A stretch of DNA of 64,000 nt from a candidate division FCPU426 bacterium (GTDB lineage: Bacteria > Oederibacteriota > JAAXVQ01 > JAUVAV01): positions 1,055,078 through 1,119,077 of the forward strand of contig JBFLYH010000002.1 of assembly GCA_040756875.1 (NCBI GenBank), written 5' to 3'. The notes under the pieces were generated by a model. That model saw nothing but the letters and a program-made list of their open reading frames with translations. It did not search any database and was not told the origin of the DNA. Below are positions 1 through 9,210 of the stretch, in pieces. Made by a program: the position numbers and the translations under genes. The stretch's first letter is position 1; each line of letters starts with the position of its first letter.

Positions 1-959
1 CCTACTTCATCGCCGGCGGCGCGGGCTTCATCGGCAGCCACATGGTCTTGCAGTTGCTCGCCGAGGAGCCGGACTGCCGCGTCGTTGTTTACGACAATTT
101 TTCCTCCGGACAGCGCGCCTACCTGGAGCCTGCGGCCAAGGACCCGCGCCTGCGGGTGGTGGCGGCTGATCTGAAGGATGCGGCCAGCCTGGCCAAGGCC
201 ATGGACGGCTGCCAGGTGGTGTACCACTTCGCCTCCAACCCGGATATCGCGCGCGCGGCGACCGAGCCGGGCGTGGATTTTTGGGAAGGCACGTATCTCA
301 CGCACCAGGTGCTCGAGGCCGCGCGCGCAGCCGGCGCGCGCCGCGTGCTCTACGCCTCGGGCAGCGGCGTGTACGGCGACGCGGGCCGCAAACGCCTGGC
401 CGAGGATTATCCCTACAAACTCCCGGTGTCCACCTACGGCGCCAGCAAGCTGGCCGGCGAGTCCCTGCTTTGCAGCTATTGCCACATGTTCGGCCTCGCG
501 GGCAGCAGTTTCCGCTTCGCCAACGTAGTCGGCCCGCGCCAGACGCACGGCGTGGGGTTCGATTTTTTGCGCAAACTGCGGGCCAACCCGAAGGAGCTGG
601 AGATTTTGGGCGACGGCACCCAATCCAAGCCCTACATCGACGTGACCGACGTGCTCAGCGCCCTGCGGCTGGTGGAGCGCCGACAAACCGGGGGCTATCA
701 ATATTATAACGTCGCCACGCCGGACGCGGTGACCGTGAAAGCCATCGCCGACCTGGCCGTGGCGGCCCTGGGGCTCGCGGGCGTCCGCTACCGCTTCACC
801 GGCGGGCCGCGCGGGTGGCAGGGCGACGTGCCCGTGGTGAGGCTCGATGCGCGCAAACTGCGGGCCTTGGGCTGGCGGCCGCGCTATTCCTCGGCCGAGG
901 CGGTCAGGCGCTCCCTGCAGGCCATGGCCAACGCGGAGACGGACAGGAGGCAGGCATGA
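1..959 (+). CDS. NAD-dependent epimerase/dehydratase (extended SDR), 5' end outside the window
   Basis: The frame is open upstream of the track ATG at 42: nt 3-41 read YFIAGGAGFIGSH (GxxGxxG). Also has catalytic YGASK (YxxxK), FANVVGP and GDGTQ motifs. Confidence 0.9.
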   Translation, partial: YFIAGGAGFIGSHMVLQLLAEEPDCRVVVYDNFSSGQRAYLEPAAKDPRLRVVAADLKDAASLAKAMDGCQVVYHFASNPDIARAATEPGVDFWEGTYLTHQVLEAARAAGARRVLYASGSGVYGDAGRKRLAEDYPYKLPVSTYGASKLAGESLLCSYCHMFGLAGSSFRFANVVGPRQTHGVGFDFLRKLRANPKELEILGDGTQSKPYIDVTDVLSALRLVERRQTGGYQYYNVATPDAVTVKAIADLAVAALGLAGVRYRFTGGPRGWQGDVPVVRLDARKLRALGWRPRYSSAEAVRRSLQAMANAETDRRQA

Positions 960-1942
960 TCATTTCACGCGCGCCGGTGCGCCTTTCCCTGGGAGGCGGG
1001 GGCACGGACCTGCCCTCGTACTACCGCCAGCACGGCGGCTTCCTGGTGGCCGCGGCCATCGACAAATACATTTATATCATGGCGGACAAGCGCTTCCAGC
1101 CCTCGATCCGCCTGTCGTATTCGAAGACCGAAATCGTGGACCGCGTGGACGAGATCCAGCATCCCCTGTTCCGCGAGGGTCTGCGCTACGCGGGCGTGGA
1201 GCGCCAGATCGAATTGATCTCCCTGGCCGAAGTGCCGGCCAACTGCGGCCTGGGCACGTCCTCCACCTTTGCCGTGGCCCTGCTCAACGCCCTATTCGAA
1301 TTCCGCCGGCAGCGCGTGCCGCGGCAGGAACTGGCCGAAGCCGCCTGCCGCCTCGAGATGGAGATCCTCAAGGAACCCATCGGCAAGCAGGACCAGTACG
1401 TGGCGGCGTTCGGCGGCCTGAACGCCTACTGGTTCGACCCGGACGGCACGGTGCGCGTGGAGCCCGTGGCCATACGGCCCGAGAACCTGCGCGAGCTGCA
1501 GAACAACCTGCTGCTGTTCTACCTCAACCGAGAGCGCGACGCCCGCACGGTGCTGGCGGACCAGGACCGCAAGAGCCGGACCGGCGACGCGCCGACCCTG
1601 GAGCGGCTGCACCGCATCAAGGAGATCGGCCTGGCCACGAAGAAACTGTTGGAGGACGGGAGCCGGCTCGACGCGTTCGGCGAGCTGATGCACGAACACT
1701 GGCTGACCAAGCGGGGGCTGTCCGACAAAATTTCGGATTCCTTCATCGACGAAGCCTATGACACGGCCCGGCGCCACGGCGCCCTGGGCGGCAAAGTCGT
1801 GGGCGCGGGCGGCGGCGGGTTCCTGCTGCTGTATTGCCCGAAAGAGAAATCCAAGCTGGTCGGGGCCTTGCAGCCCCTGGGTTTGGAACCCATGTGGTTC
1901 GGATTCGCGGCCGAAGGCGCGCGGGTCGGTTTTTACAGTTGA
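956..1942 (+). CDS. hddA: GHMP-family sugar kinase, D-glycero-D-manno-heptose-7-phosphate kinase-like
   Basis: Starts MIISRAPVRLSLGGGGTDLPSYY; has GLGTSS, IGKQDQY and GAGGGGF motifs. ATGA overlap with the upstream stop and AGGAGG RBS support 956 rather than 815. Confidence 0.85.
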   Translation: MIISRAPVRLSLGGGGTDLPSYYRQHGGFLVAAAIDKYIYIMADKRFQPSIRLSYSKTEIVDRVDEIQHPLFREGLRYAGVERQIELISLAEVPANCGLGTSSTFAVALLNALFEFRRQRVPRQELAEAACRLEMEILKEPIGKQDQYVAAFGGLNAYWFDPDGTVRVEPVAIRPENLRELQNNLLLFYLNRERDARTVLADQDRKSRTGDAPTLERLHRIKEIGLATKKLLEDGSRLDAFGELMHEHWLTKRGLSDKISDSFIDEAYDTARRHGALGGKVVGAGGGGFLLLYCPKEKSKLVGALQPLGLEPMWFGFAAEGARVGFYS

Positions 1943-1953
1943 GCGGCGGCCGG

Positions 1954-2670
1954 ATGATTCCGCCAACTGATCCCGACCTGGCCGCGGCCTGGGACGATGT
2001 GCACCGGTATTCGCCCGCGCCCAGGCACCGCCGCCGGCTGCTGGGACGCCTGCTGAGCCCGTTGCCCTTTGACTCGCTGTTGGACGTGGGCTGCGGCCAG
2101 CCGTACCTGCTAGAGGAATGGCGGCGGCGGGGGAAGCGCGTGGCCGGCTGCGACGTTTCACCGCAAGTCATCGAGGAAAACCGGCGGCGCCTGCCGGACG
2201 CGCAGTTTGCGGTGGTGGACATCAACCGCGCCGCATTTCCCGGCCGGCAGCGCTTTGACCTGGTGGTGGCGAGCGAAGTGCTGGAGCACCTGGACGACTG
2301 GCGCGCCGGCCTCGAAAACTGCTGCGCCATGTCGCAGCGCTTTATCGTGGTCACCGTGCCCGCCGGGCCGCGGTACGCCATCGATAAAATGGTGGGGCAC
2401 CGCCGGCATTTCGCCGGGCCGGAGCTGGCGGAAGCGCTCGGCCGCCTGGGGTTCCGGATCGTGCGCATGCGGCGGTGGGGGTTTCCCCTGCACACGCTGT
2501 ACAAGTGGCTGATCAACAGCATCGCGCCCGAACGCATGTACCGCAGCTTCGGCGCCTCGCGCTACGGCTGGGGCCAGAAAGCGGCCTCGCAGTTGCTGTA
2601 CGGGCTGTTTTTCATCAACGATTGGTTTCCGTGGGGGCAGCAGTTGCTGCTGCTGGCGGAACGCAAGTAA
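1954..2670 (+). CDS. Class I SAM-dependent methyltransferase
   Basis: LLDVGCGQ, FDLVVASEVLEHL and GHRRHF motifs. ATG at 1954 follows the kinase stop. Confidence 0.85.
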   Translation: MIPPTDPDLAAAWDDVHRYSPAPRHRRRLLGRLLSPLPFDSLLDVGCGQPYLLEEWRRRGKRVAGCDVSPQVIEENRRRLPDAQFAVVDINRAAFPGRQRFDLVVASEVLEHLDDWRAGLENCCAMSQRFIVVTVPAGPRYAIDKMVGHRRHFAGPELAEALGRLGFRIVRMRRWGFPLHTLYKWLINSIAPERMYRSFGASRYGWGQKAASQLLYGLFFINDWFPWGQQLLLLAERK

Positions 2671-2672
2671 GG

Positions 2673-2808
2673 GGAGGCAGGGGCATTTCCACTCTCCGCC
2701 TCAGGCCATCGATGGATTGAGTTCGGATTCGGAGATCCAATCCGAATCCGAACAAAATCTTTTTAAAGGGTTGGCTAGGAGGCGGGTCCTGGAAATGCCC
2801 CTGCCTCC
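2673..2808. repeat. Long nested inverted repeat (MITE-like element or structured RNA)
   Basis: Perfect 19-bp IR GGAGGCAGGGGCATTTCCA (2673-2691/2790-2808), inner CCGCCTC/GAGGCGG (2696-2702/2779-2785), perfect 13-bp hairpin GTTCGGATTCGGA (2721-2733/2741-2753). Confidence 0.75.
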
Positions 2809-2829
2809 AAGATGAAAAAAGGAAAAAAT

Positions 2830-4014
2830 ATGACGAAGAAACCGCGCGTGTCCATCGTGGTGCCGGCGCTGAACGAGGAGATCACCATCGGCGAGTTCGT
2901 CGACTGGTGCAAGGAAGGCCTGCGCCGCGCCCGCGTGACCGGCGAAATTTTGATCATCGACAGCTCCACGGACCGCACCCCGCGCATCGCCGCGGCGCAC
3001 GGCGCCCGGGTCGTCAAGGTGTCCAAGCGCGGGCTGGGGCAGGCGTATATCGACGCCTTGCCGCACATCCGCGGGGAGTACGTGATCATGGGCGACTGCG
3101 ACCTGACCTATGACTTCCGCGAGATCGGCGCGTTTGTCCGCAAGCTCGAGGAGGGCTTCGAGTTCGTGATCGGCAGCCGCCTGCGCGGCCGCATCGAGCC
3201 GGGCGCCATGCCCGGCCTGCACCGCTACTTCGGCACGCCGCTCACCACCTGGATCCTCAATTCCATGTACGGCTCGCACTACAGCGACATCCATTGCGGC
3301 CTGCGGGCCATGCGCACGGACGCCTTGCGGCGCCTGCACCTGGAATCCAGGTCGTGGGAGTACGCCTCGGAGATGGTGCTCAAGGCGGCCCAGTTGAAGT
3401 TGAAGACCGCCGAGATCCCGATCGCTTTTTACAAGGACCGGGAGGGCCGGGCCAGCCACCACAAGCGATCGGGCTGGCTGTCGCCCTGGCTGGCCGGCTG
3501 GATCAATTTGAAGGTCATGTTTCTGTACTTCCCGAGCTTCTTTCTCAAGGGGCCGGGCGCGGCCGGCCTGGTCCTGGGGCTGCTGTTGTTCGCCCTTCTG
3601 GCCTTGGGAGCCACCCCGCTCCGCCTGGGTCCGCTGGCCTTGTCCGTGCACAGCATGTTTCTCGCCATCACCCTGGCTGTGGTGGGGTATGCCGCGTTCC
3701 AGATGAGCGTGCTGGCGGAAATGATCCTGCAGGTGAACCCGGAGCGCACGGAGCGCTATATCCGCTTTTTCGCCTACAACCGGGGGGTCCTGGCCGGCGT
3801 GCTGCTGGTGGCCGCGGGCCTGTTCCTGCTGGTGGATTTCAGCTGGGAGTACGTGCAGAACGGTTTCACGCTGCGGGTCATTTCCAAAAGCGCGCTGGCC
3901 GGCCTGTTGAGCCTGATTCTGGGGTTCCAGACCTTTACGTTTACCCTGGTGGTCCAACTCCTGGCCGCCAAACTGGCTCTGCCTGAACCCGCAAAGACGG
4001 GGGCGCGCCCATGA
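2830..4014 (+). CDS. GT2 glycosyltransferase (polyprenol-phosphate glycosyltransferase-like) with C-terminal TM helices
   Basis: VSIVVPALNEE, IIDSSTD, MGDCDLTY (DxD), FVIGSR and about 4 hydrophobic C-terminal segments. Alternative start at 2812. Confidence 0.88.
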   Translation: MTKKPRVSIVVPALNEEITIGEFVDWCKEGLRRARVTGEILIIDSSTDRTPRIAAAHGARVVKVSKRGLGQAYIDALPHIRGEYVIMGDCDLTYDFREIGAFVRKLEEGFEFVIGSRLRGRIEPGAMPGLHRYFGTPLTTWILNSMYGSHYSDIHCGLRAMRTDALRRLHLESRSWEYASEMVLKAAQLKLKTAEIPIAFYKDREGRASHHKRSGWLSPWLAGWINLKVMFLYFPSFFLKGPGAAGLVLGLLLFALLALGATPLRLGPLALSVHSMFLAITLAVVGYAAFQMSVLAEMILQVNPERTERYIRFFAYNRGVLAGVLLVAAGLFLLVDFSWEYVQNGFTLRVISKSALAGLLSLILGFQTFTFTLVVQLLAAKLALPEPAKTGARP

Positions 4015-4742
4015 ACCTGCCTCCGCTCGCGATCCTGGCCGGCGGCCTGGCCACGCGCCTGCAGGCTGAAACCGAGCGGACGCCGAAATCGCTCCTGCAG
4101 GTGGCTGGCAAACCGTTCATCGACCACCAGCTCGAGCAACTGGCCGGCCAGGGCGTAGAGCGGGTGTTGGTTTGCACCGGGCATCTGGGCGAAGCCATCG
4201 AGCGCCATGTGGGCGACGGCCGCGCCTTCGGCTTGTCCGTGGAATACTCCCGGGACGGCGAGCGCCTGCTGGGCACGGCCGGCGCGCTGCACAAAGCGCT
4301 GCCCCGGTTGGATGATATTTTTTTCGTGCTCTACGGCGATTCCTACCTGGACGTGAACCTGGCGGAGGTGTACGGCTTTTTCCGCTCCACCGGAAAACTC
4401 GGCCTGATGACCGTGCACGAAAATCAGAACCGTTGGGACCGCAGCAATGTCGTGTACCGAGTCGGGCACATCATCCGTTACGACAAACAGAACCCGGACC
4501 CGGAAATGACCTACATCGATTACGGATTGAGCCTTTTCAGGCGGGAGGCTTTCGCCGACACCCCGGAATCGGGCGTCGAGGATTTGAGCGAGGTGTTCCG
4601 GCGGCTGGTGGCGCGCGGAGAGCTGCTGGGGTATCCGGCGGCGCGGCGTTTTTACGAAATCGGCTCGCCCCAGGGCCTGGCCGAAACCCGGGCCTATCTG
4701 GAAGGCCTGCGGGAAGGGGGAGACACGCATGGAAACGGGTGA
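4011..4742 (+). CDS. Sugar-phosphate nucleotidyltransferase (HddC-like)
   Basis: ILAGGLATRL...PKSLL, LGTAGAL, VLYGDSY and EIGSP motifs; heptose operon context. Confidence 0.85.
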   Translation: MNLPPLAILAGGLATRLQAETERTPKSLLQVAGKPFIDHQLEQLAGQGVERVLVCTGHLGEAIERHVGDGRAFGLSVEYSRDGERLLGTAGALHKALPRLDDIFFVLYGDSYLDVNLAEVYGFFRSTGKLGLMTVHENQNRWDRSNVVYRVGHIIRYDKQNPDPEMTYIDYGLSLFRREAFADTPESGVEDLSEVFRRLVARGELLGYPAARRFYEIGSPQGLAETRAYLEGLREGGDTHGNG

Positions 4743-5334
4743 ATACATCGACCGCTATCTGCAGGACGCGGGCGAGATCATCGCGCGCCTGGACCGTACG
4801 GCCGTGCGCCGGACCCTGGACGTGCTGGTCAAGCTGAAGCAGCGGCAGGGCCGCCTGTTCATCCTGGGAGTGGGCGGCGGCGCAGGGCACGCTTCGCACG
4901 CGGTGAACGACTTCCGGAAGATCGCCGGCATCGAGGCCTACGCGCCCACGGACAATGTCTCCGAACTCACGGCCCGCATCAACGATGAAGGGTGGGAGAA
5001 CGTATTTCTGCGCTGGCTGGAGGGCAGCCGGCTGGGCCCGCAGGACGCGCTGCTGGTCTTTTCCGTGGGCGGCGGTAGCCTGGAGAAGCAGGTCAGCACG
5101 AACCTGGTCCAGGCCCTGCGTCTGGCCCAGGTGCGGGGCGCGCGTATCATCGGCATTGTGGGGCGGGACGGCGGGTTCACCGCCCAGGTCGCGGACGCGG
5201 TGGTCGTGATCCCCACGGTGAACGCGGCGACCATCACCCCCCACACGGAGGCTTTCCAGGCCGTGATCTGGCACCTTCTGGTTTCGCATCCGGAGCTCAA
5301 GGCTCATGAAATGAAATGGGAGTCCCTGCCCTGA
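4729..5334 (+). CDS. gmhA: SIS-domain phosphoheptose isomerase-like protein
   Basis: GVGGGAGHASHAVNDF, LTARINDEG, FSVGGG, STNLVQAL and TEAFQAVIWH match the GmhA/SIS layout. Confidence 0.8.
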   Translation: METGEYIDRYLQDAGEIIARLDRTAVRRTLDVLVKLKQRQGRLFILGVGGGAGHASHAVNDFRKIAGIEAYAPTDNVSELTARINDEGWENVFLRWLEGSRLGPQDALLVFSVGGGSLEKQVSTNLVQALRLAQVRGARIIGIVGRDGGFTAQVADAVVVIPTVNAATITPHTEAFQAVIWHLLVSHPELKAHEMKWESLP

Positions 5335-5918
5335 TGCCCCGCGCCGTGTTTCTCGACCGGGACGGCGTGCTCAACCGTCTGGTATTCAATCCCGTGACGA
5401 AACGCCACGAGTCGCCGCACGTGCCGCAGGACTTCGCGCTCCTGCCCGGCGTGCTGGACGAGGTCGAACGCCTGCAGGCCGCGGGGTATATGCTCTTTCT
5501 GGTTTCCAACCAGCCCAGTTACGCGCTCGGCAAGACCACCATGGAGAACATCCGCGCCATCCACCAGTTGCTGGAAACGGCGTTCCAGGCGCGGGGGATC
5601 CGCTTTCAGGAGTATTACTACTGCTTCCACCATCCCGAGGGCGTGGTGCCGGATTACACGGCGGATTGCGAATGCCGCAAGCCCAAACCTTACTTCATTT
5701 TGAAAGCCAGGGACGAATTCGACCTGGACCTGGGGAAGTGCTGGCTGGTGGGCGACCAGGATTCGGACGTGCTCTGCGGCCGGGCGTCCGGCGTCCGCAC
5801 CATTCTGGTGGCCGAACCCGACTCGGCCGCGCGGCGCGGGCAAAGCGAACCTGATTTCCACGCCGCCACGCTTGGCCGGGCGGTGGACATCATCCTGGAA
5901 GACGGAGGCACGGCGTGA
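5334..5918 (+). CDS. gmhB: HAD-IIIA heptose-1,7-bisphosphate phosphatase
   Basis: AVFLDRDGVLN, VSNQ, CFHHP...CECRKPKP zinc motif and VGDQDSD. TGATG coupling with gmhA. Confidence 0.88.
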   Translation: MPRAVFLDRDGVLNRLVFNPVTKRHESPHVPQDFALLPGVLDEVERLQAAGYMLFLVSNQPSYALGKTTMENIRAIHQLLETAFQARGIRFQEYYYCFHHPEGVVPDYTADCECRKPKPYFILKARDEFDLDLGKCWLVGDQDSDVLCGRASGVRTILVAEPDSAARRGQSEPDFHAATLGRAVDIILEDGGTA

Positions 5919-6634
5919 TTCCGGACCTGCGGCGGCTCAAGATCAAATTGTTCGCGGACGGCGCGGACCTCAAGGCCATGGGTGAGGCCTACCGGTCCGG
6001 GTTGATCAGCGGCTTCACCACCAACCCGACCCTGATGCGCAAGGCCGGGGTGGCGGATTACGCCGCGTTCGCCCGCCAGGCCCTGGCCCTGATTCCGGAC
6101 CTGCCGATTTCGTTCGAGGTGTTTTCCGACGAGTTTGCCGACATGGAGCGCCAGGCCCGGTTGATCGCGGCCTGGGGCCCGAACGTCAACGTCAAGATTC
6201 CGGTCACGAATACGCGCGGCGAATTTTCCGGGCCCCTGCTGGAGCGGCTCACGGCCGAGGGCGTCAGCGTCAATGTCACGGCCTGCGCTTCGCTGGAGCA
6301 GGTGAAAGCCGTGGCGCCCCGGCTGGCCAAGCGCACGGCCAGCATCGTATCAGTGTTCGCCGGCCGGGTGGCGGATACAGGGCGCGATCCCATACCCCTG
6401 ATGAAGGCCGCCAAGCGCGTCCTCCGCTCCCGGCCCGCCTGCCGGCTGCTGTGGGCGAGCCCGCGGGAGGTCCTCAACATATTCCAGGCTGAAGCCAGCG
6501 GCTGCGACATCATCACGTTGACCCCGGACATCCAGAAAAAACTGGGGTTGATCGGGCGCGGCCTGGAGGACGTCTCTTTGGATACCGTGAAGATGTTCGA
6601 CCAGGACGCCAAAGCCGCAGGCTTTACGCTTTAA
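5915..6634 (+). CDS. tal: Transaldolase (short family)
   Basis: LFADGA, GFTTNPTL, ISFEV, VKIP (Schiff-base Lys), VNVT, SVFAGR and LLWASPR motifs. GTG start overlaps the upstream stop. Confidence 0.9.
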   Translation: MIPDLRRLKIKLFADGADLKAMGEAYRSGLISGFTTNPTLMRKAGVADYAAFARQALALIPDLPISFEVFSDEFADMERQARLIAAWGPNVNVKIPVTNTRGEFSGPLLERLTAEGVSVNVTACASLEQVKAVAPRLAKRTASIVSVFAGRVADTGRDPIPLMKAAKRVLRSRPACRLLWASPREVLNIFQAEASGCDIITLTPDIQKKLGLIGRGLEDVSLDTVKMFDQDAKAAGFTL

Positions 6635-6664
6635 AGAGAAACGTTTTTCATGGACCTCACGGAG

Positions 6665-6750
6665 GCGGTCATTGCGAGGACCAGAGGGACGAAGCAATCT
6701 GGACGGTCAAGAACGCGATTGCTTCACAAGAGAACGCTCGCAATGACTGC
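6665..6750. repeat. REP-like nested palindrome
   Basis: GTCATTGCGAG (6668-6678)/CTCGCAATGAC (6737-6747) enclosing GAAGCAATC (6691-6699)/GATTGCTTC (6717-6725). Confidence 0.75.
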
Positions 6751-6774
6751 AAGCGGAGCGAGGGGATAATTCGC

Positions 6775-7812
6775 ATGAGTCTGATTAAAAAGAAGAGATT
6801 CTGGCTGGGATTGGCCGTCACTGCGGTCCTGCTTTACCTGGTGTTCCGCCAGGTGGACTGGGCCGAGCTGCTCCAGGCGCTCAGGGACGCGCAGTACGGC
6901 TGGCTGGTCCCGGCCTTGGCGGTGTATTTATTCGGATACTGGCTGAGGGCCGTGCGCTGGAGCTACCTCCTGAATTCGGTGAAGCCCCTCTCCTGGCAGA
7001 ACCTGTTTCCGCCGCTGATCCTGGGGTTCATGGCCAACAACGTGCTGCCTGCCCGCGCGGGCGAGTTCGTTCCCGCCTACGTGGTGGGCAAGCGCGAGGG
7101 CGTGTCCAAGGCCTCGGTGTTCGCCACCATGATCATGCAGCGCGCCTTCGACGGCCTGGTCATGGTGCTGCTGGCCGGAGTGGTCCTGGCCCTGTTCCAG
7201 GTGCCGCGCACGCCGGCCAACGCCAGTTTCGTGGACCTGGTCAACACCGTGGTCGACCTCACCACGCTCCTGTTCATCGTGCTGTTCGCCGTGCTGTTCG
7301 CGCTCATCACCTGGAAAGAGCGGGCCGTGGCGGTGCTCAACCGCGTCCTGCGCATCCTGCCCGCGGGCCTGCAGCCGCGGGTTTCCCGCCTGGCCTCGTC
7401 GTTCATCTCGGGCCTGGCTGGATTGCGCAACCGCAAAGACAGCCTGCTGGCCTTCCTGTTCTCCCTGCTGGCCTGGCTGTGCGAAAGCGCGGCCTATTAT
7501 TTCGTGCTGCTGGCTTTTTCCCTGCACCTGCCGCTGTACGCGGCGGTCATGTTGATGGCCGTGGTCAACCTGGGCATCATGCTGCCTTCCTCCCCGGGCT
7601 ATGTGGGGCCGTTCGAATTTTTCGGCGTGAGCACCCTCCGCTTCTTCGGCGTCGACAAAAGTATATCCTTGCCCTGCATTCTGGTGATTCACGCCCTCAT
7701 CTGGCTGCCCATCACGCTGTGGGGATTGTATTACATGTGGACGTGGAAGCTCTCCTTCCACGAGATCGAAGACACGGCGGAACGGAATGCGCCGGAAACC
7801 GGAGCGAACTGA
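6775..7812 (+). CDS. Lysylphosphatidylglycerol synthase TM-domain / flippase-like membrane protein (UPF0104)
   Basis: Polytopic; LRAVRW, GFMANNVLPARAGE and PSSPGYVGPFE motifs. Confidence 0.85.
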   Translation: MSLIKKKRFWLGLAVTAVLLYLVFRQVDWAELLQALRDAQYGWLVPALAVYLFGYWLRAVRWSYLLNSVKPLSWQNLFPPLILGFMANNVLPARAGEFVPAYVVGKREGVSKASVFATMIMQRAFDGLVMVLLAGVVLALFQVPRTPANASFVDLVNTVVDLTTLLFIVLFAVLFALITWKERAVAVLNRVLRILPAGLQPRVSRLASSFISGLAGLRNRKDSLLAFLFSLLAWLCESAAYYFVLLAFSLHLPLYAAVMLMAVVNLGIMLPSSPGYVGPFEFFGVSTLRFFGVDKSISLPCILVIHALIWLPITLWGLYYMWTWKLSFHEIEDTAERNAPETGAN

Positions 7813-9210
7813 ATGCGGATCGGAATTGTAGGCGCCGGCTTGACCGGCTTGGCGGCCGGGCGGGCCCTGGCCCGAGCCGGACACCAGGTGGTGGTGGCCG
7901 AACAGGCACCCGAACCGGGCGGGCTGGCCGGGACGTTTGCCTATGGCGGCACGCGGCTGGAAATGTTCTACCACCACATTTTCACCACGGACCTGGAAAC
8001 GATCCGCTTCATCCGCGACCTGGGCCTGTCGGACCGGCTCCTCTGGCGCGAGACGCCCATGGGCATCTACTCCCAGGGGCGCCTGCAAAAGTTCGCCACG
8101 CCCTGGGACCTGCTGAGGTTCAGGCCGCTTTCGCCGGCCAACCGGCTGCGGTTCGGGCTCTGCATCCTCTACCTGTCGCGCGTGAAGCGCTGGCGTGGGT
8201 ACGAGCAAGTCCGCGCCAAGGACTGGATTTTGCGCGCCTTCGGCCAACAGGCCTGGGACGTGATTTGGGGCCCCCTGCTGCACGGAAAATTCGGCGACTA
8301 TGCGAACGACATCGGCATGCCCTGGTTTTATTCGCGCATCCACACCCGCGCCGGAAGCAGGGAACAGGGCATGATGAAGGAAAGCCTGGGCTACCTGCAG
8401 GGGAGCTTCCAGGTGCTGCATGAAGCCCTGGCGGCGGAGATCACGGCCCGCGGCGGCCGCGTCCGCTGCGGGGAGAGCGTGCGTTCGCTGATCGTGGAGC
8501 AGGGACGGGTCGCCGGCTGGCGCACCTCCCGCGGCCGGGAACGGCTCGATGCGGTGCTGGCCACCCAGGCGCCGCCGGCCTTGTGGCCCATGCTGCCCGC
8601 GAACCTCGGCGGCGATTATTGGGACCGGCTGCGGCAAGTGGAGTACCTGGGCAACGTGTGCGCGGTCCTCACCCTGAAACGCTCGCTGTCGCCCATTTAT
8701 TGGATGAACGTGCCTGACCTGGCCAGCCCGTTCATCGCGGTGATCGAGCACACCAATTTCATCCGGCCCGAGACCTACGGCGGGCGGCACGTACTCTACC
8801 TTTCCAGCTACGTGCCAACCAGACATCCCCGGTACCGGGCCGGGGACGACGCGGTGCTGCACGAATTCTACGCCTACCTGTCGCGCGTCGTGCCGGGCTT
8901 CGAGCCTTCGGACGTCCTGGAAACGCGCGTGTTCCGGGCCCCCTACGCCCAACCCGTGATCAGGACCGGGTTCGGCGAGCGGCTGGTGCCGCACCCGGCG
9001 CCGCTTTCCGGATTGTTTCTGGCCAACATGGCCCAAATCTATCCGGAGGACCGGGGCATGAGCTACAGCCTTCGGCTCGGCCTCCGCGTGGCGCAGGACA
9101 TATTGAAGTATGAGCCACCGGCGGCCGTTCCGGCTGCCCGGAGGACTGCGCGCATAAAAATCAAACTGAAGGACCAAGGAGGCAAAGCACGTGTCAAAAG
9201 CAGACGCTAA
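7813..9210 (+). CDS. FAD-dependent oxidoreductase (protoporphyrinogen/amine oxidase-like fold, glycosylation-locus type)
   Basis: N-terminal IVGAGLTGL dinucleotide-binding motif, GGLA...FYHHIF, YAQPV and YPEDRGM. Confidence 0.82.
   Translation: MRIGIVGAGLTGLAAGRALARAGHQVVVAEQAPEPGGLAGTFAYGGTRLEMFYHHIFTTDLETIRFIRDLGLSDRLLWRETPMGIYSQGRLQKFATPWDLLRFRPLSPANRLRFGLCILYLSRVKRWRGYEQVRAKDWILRAFGQQAWDVIWGPLLHGKFGDYANDIGMPWFYSRIHTRAGSREQGMMKESLGYLQGSFQVLHEALAAEITARGGRVRCGESVRSLIVEQGRVAGWRTSRGRERLDAVLATQAPPALWPMLPANLGGDYWDRLRQVEYLGNVCAVLTLKRSLSPIYWMNVPDLASPFIAVIEHTNFIRPETYGGRHVLYLSSYVPTRHPRYRAGDDAVLHEFYAYLSRVVPGFEPSDVLETRVFRAPYAQPVIRTGFGERLVPHPAPLSGLFLANMAQIYPEDRGMSYSLRLGLRVAQDILKYEPPAAVPAARRTARIKIKLKDQGGKARVKSRR

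Noticed and set aside
2673-2808. Hairpin as SRP RNA, 6S RNA or tRNA
   Set aside because: No SRP GGAA/AGCAG loop motif or cloverleaf, and shorter than a typical 6S RNA; left unassigned.
6928-9177. 749-aa minus-strand ORF
   Set aside because: It overlaps two well-supported plus-strand genes; a high-GC shadow ORF.
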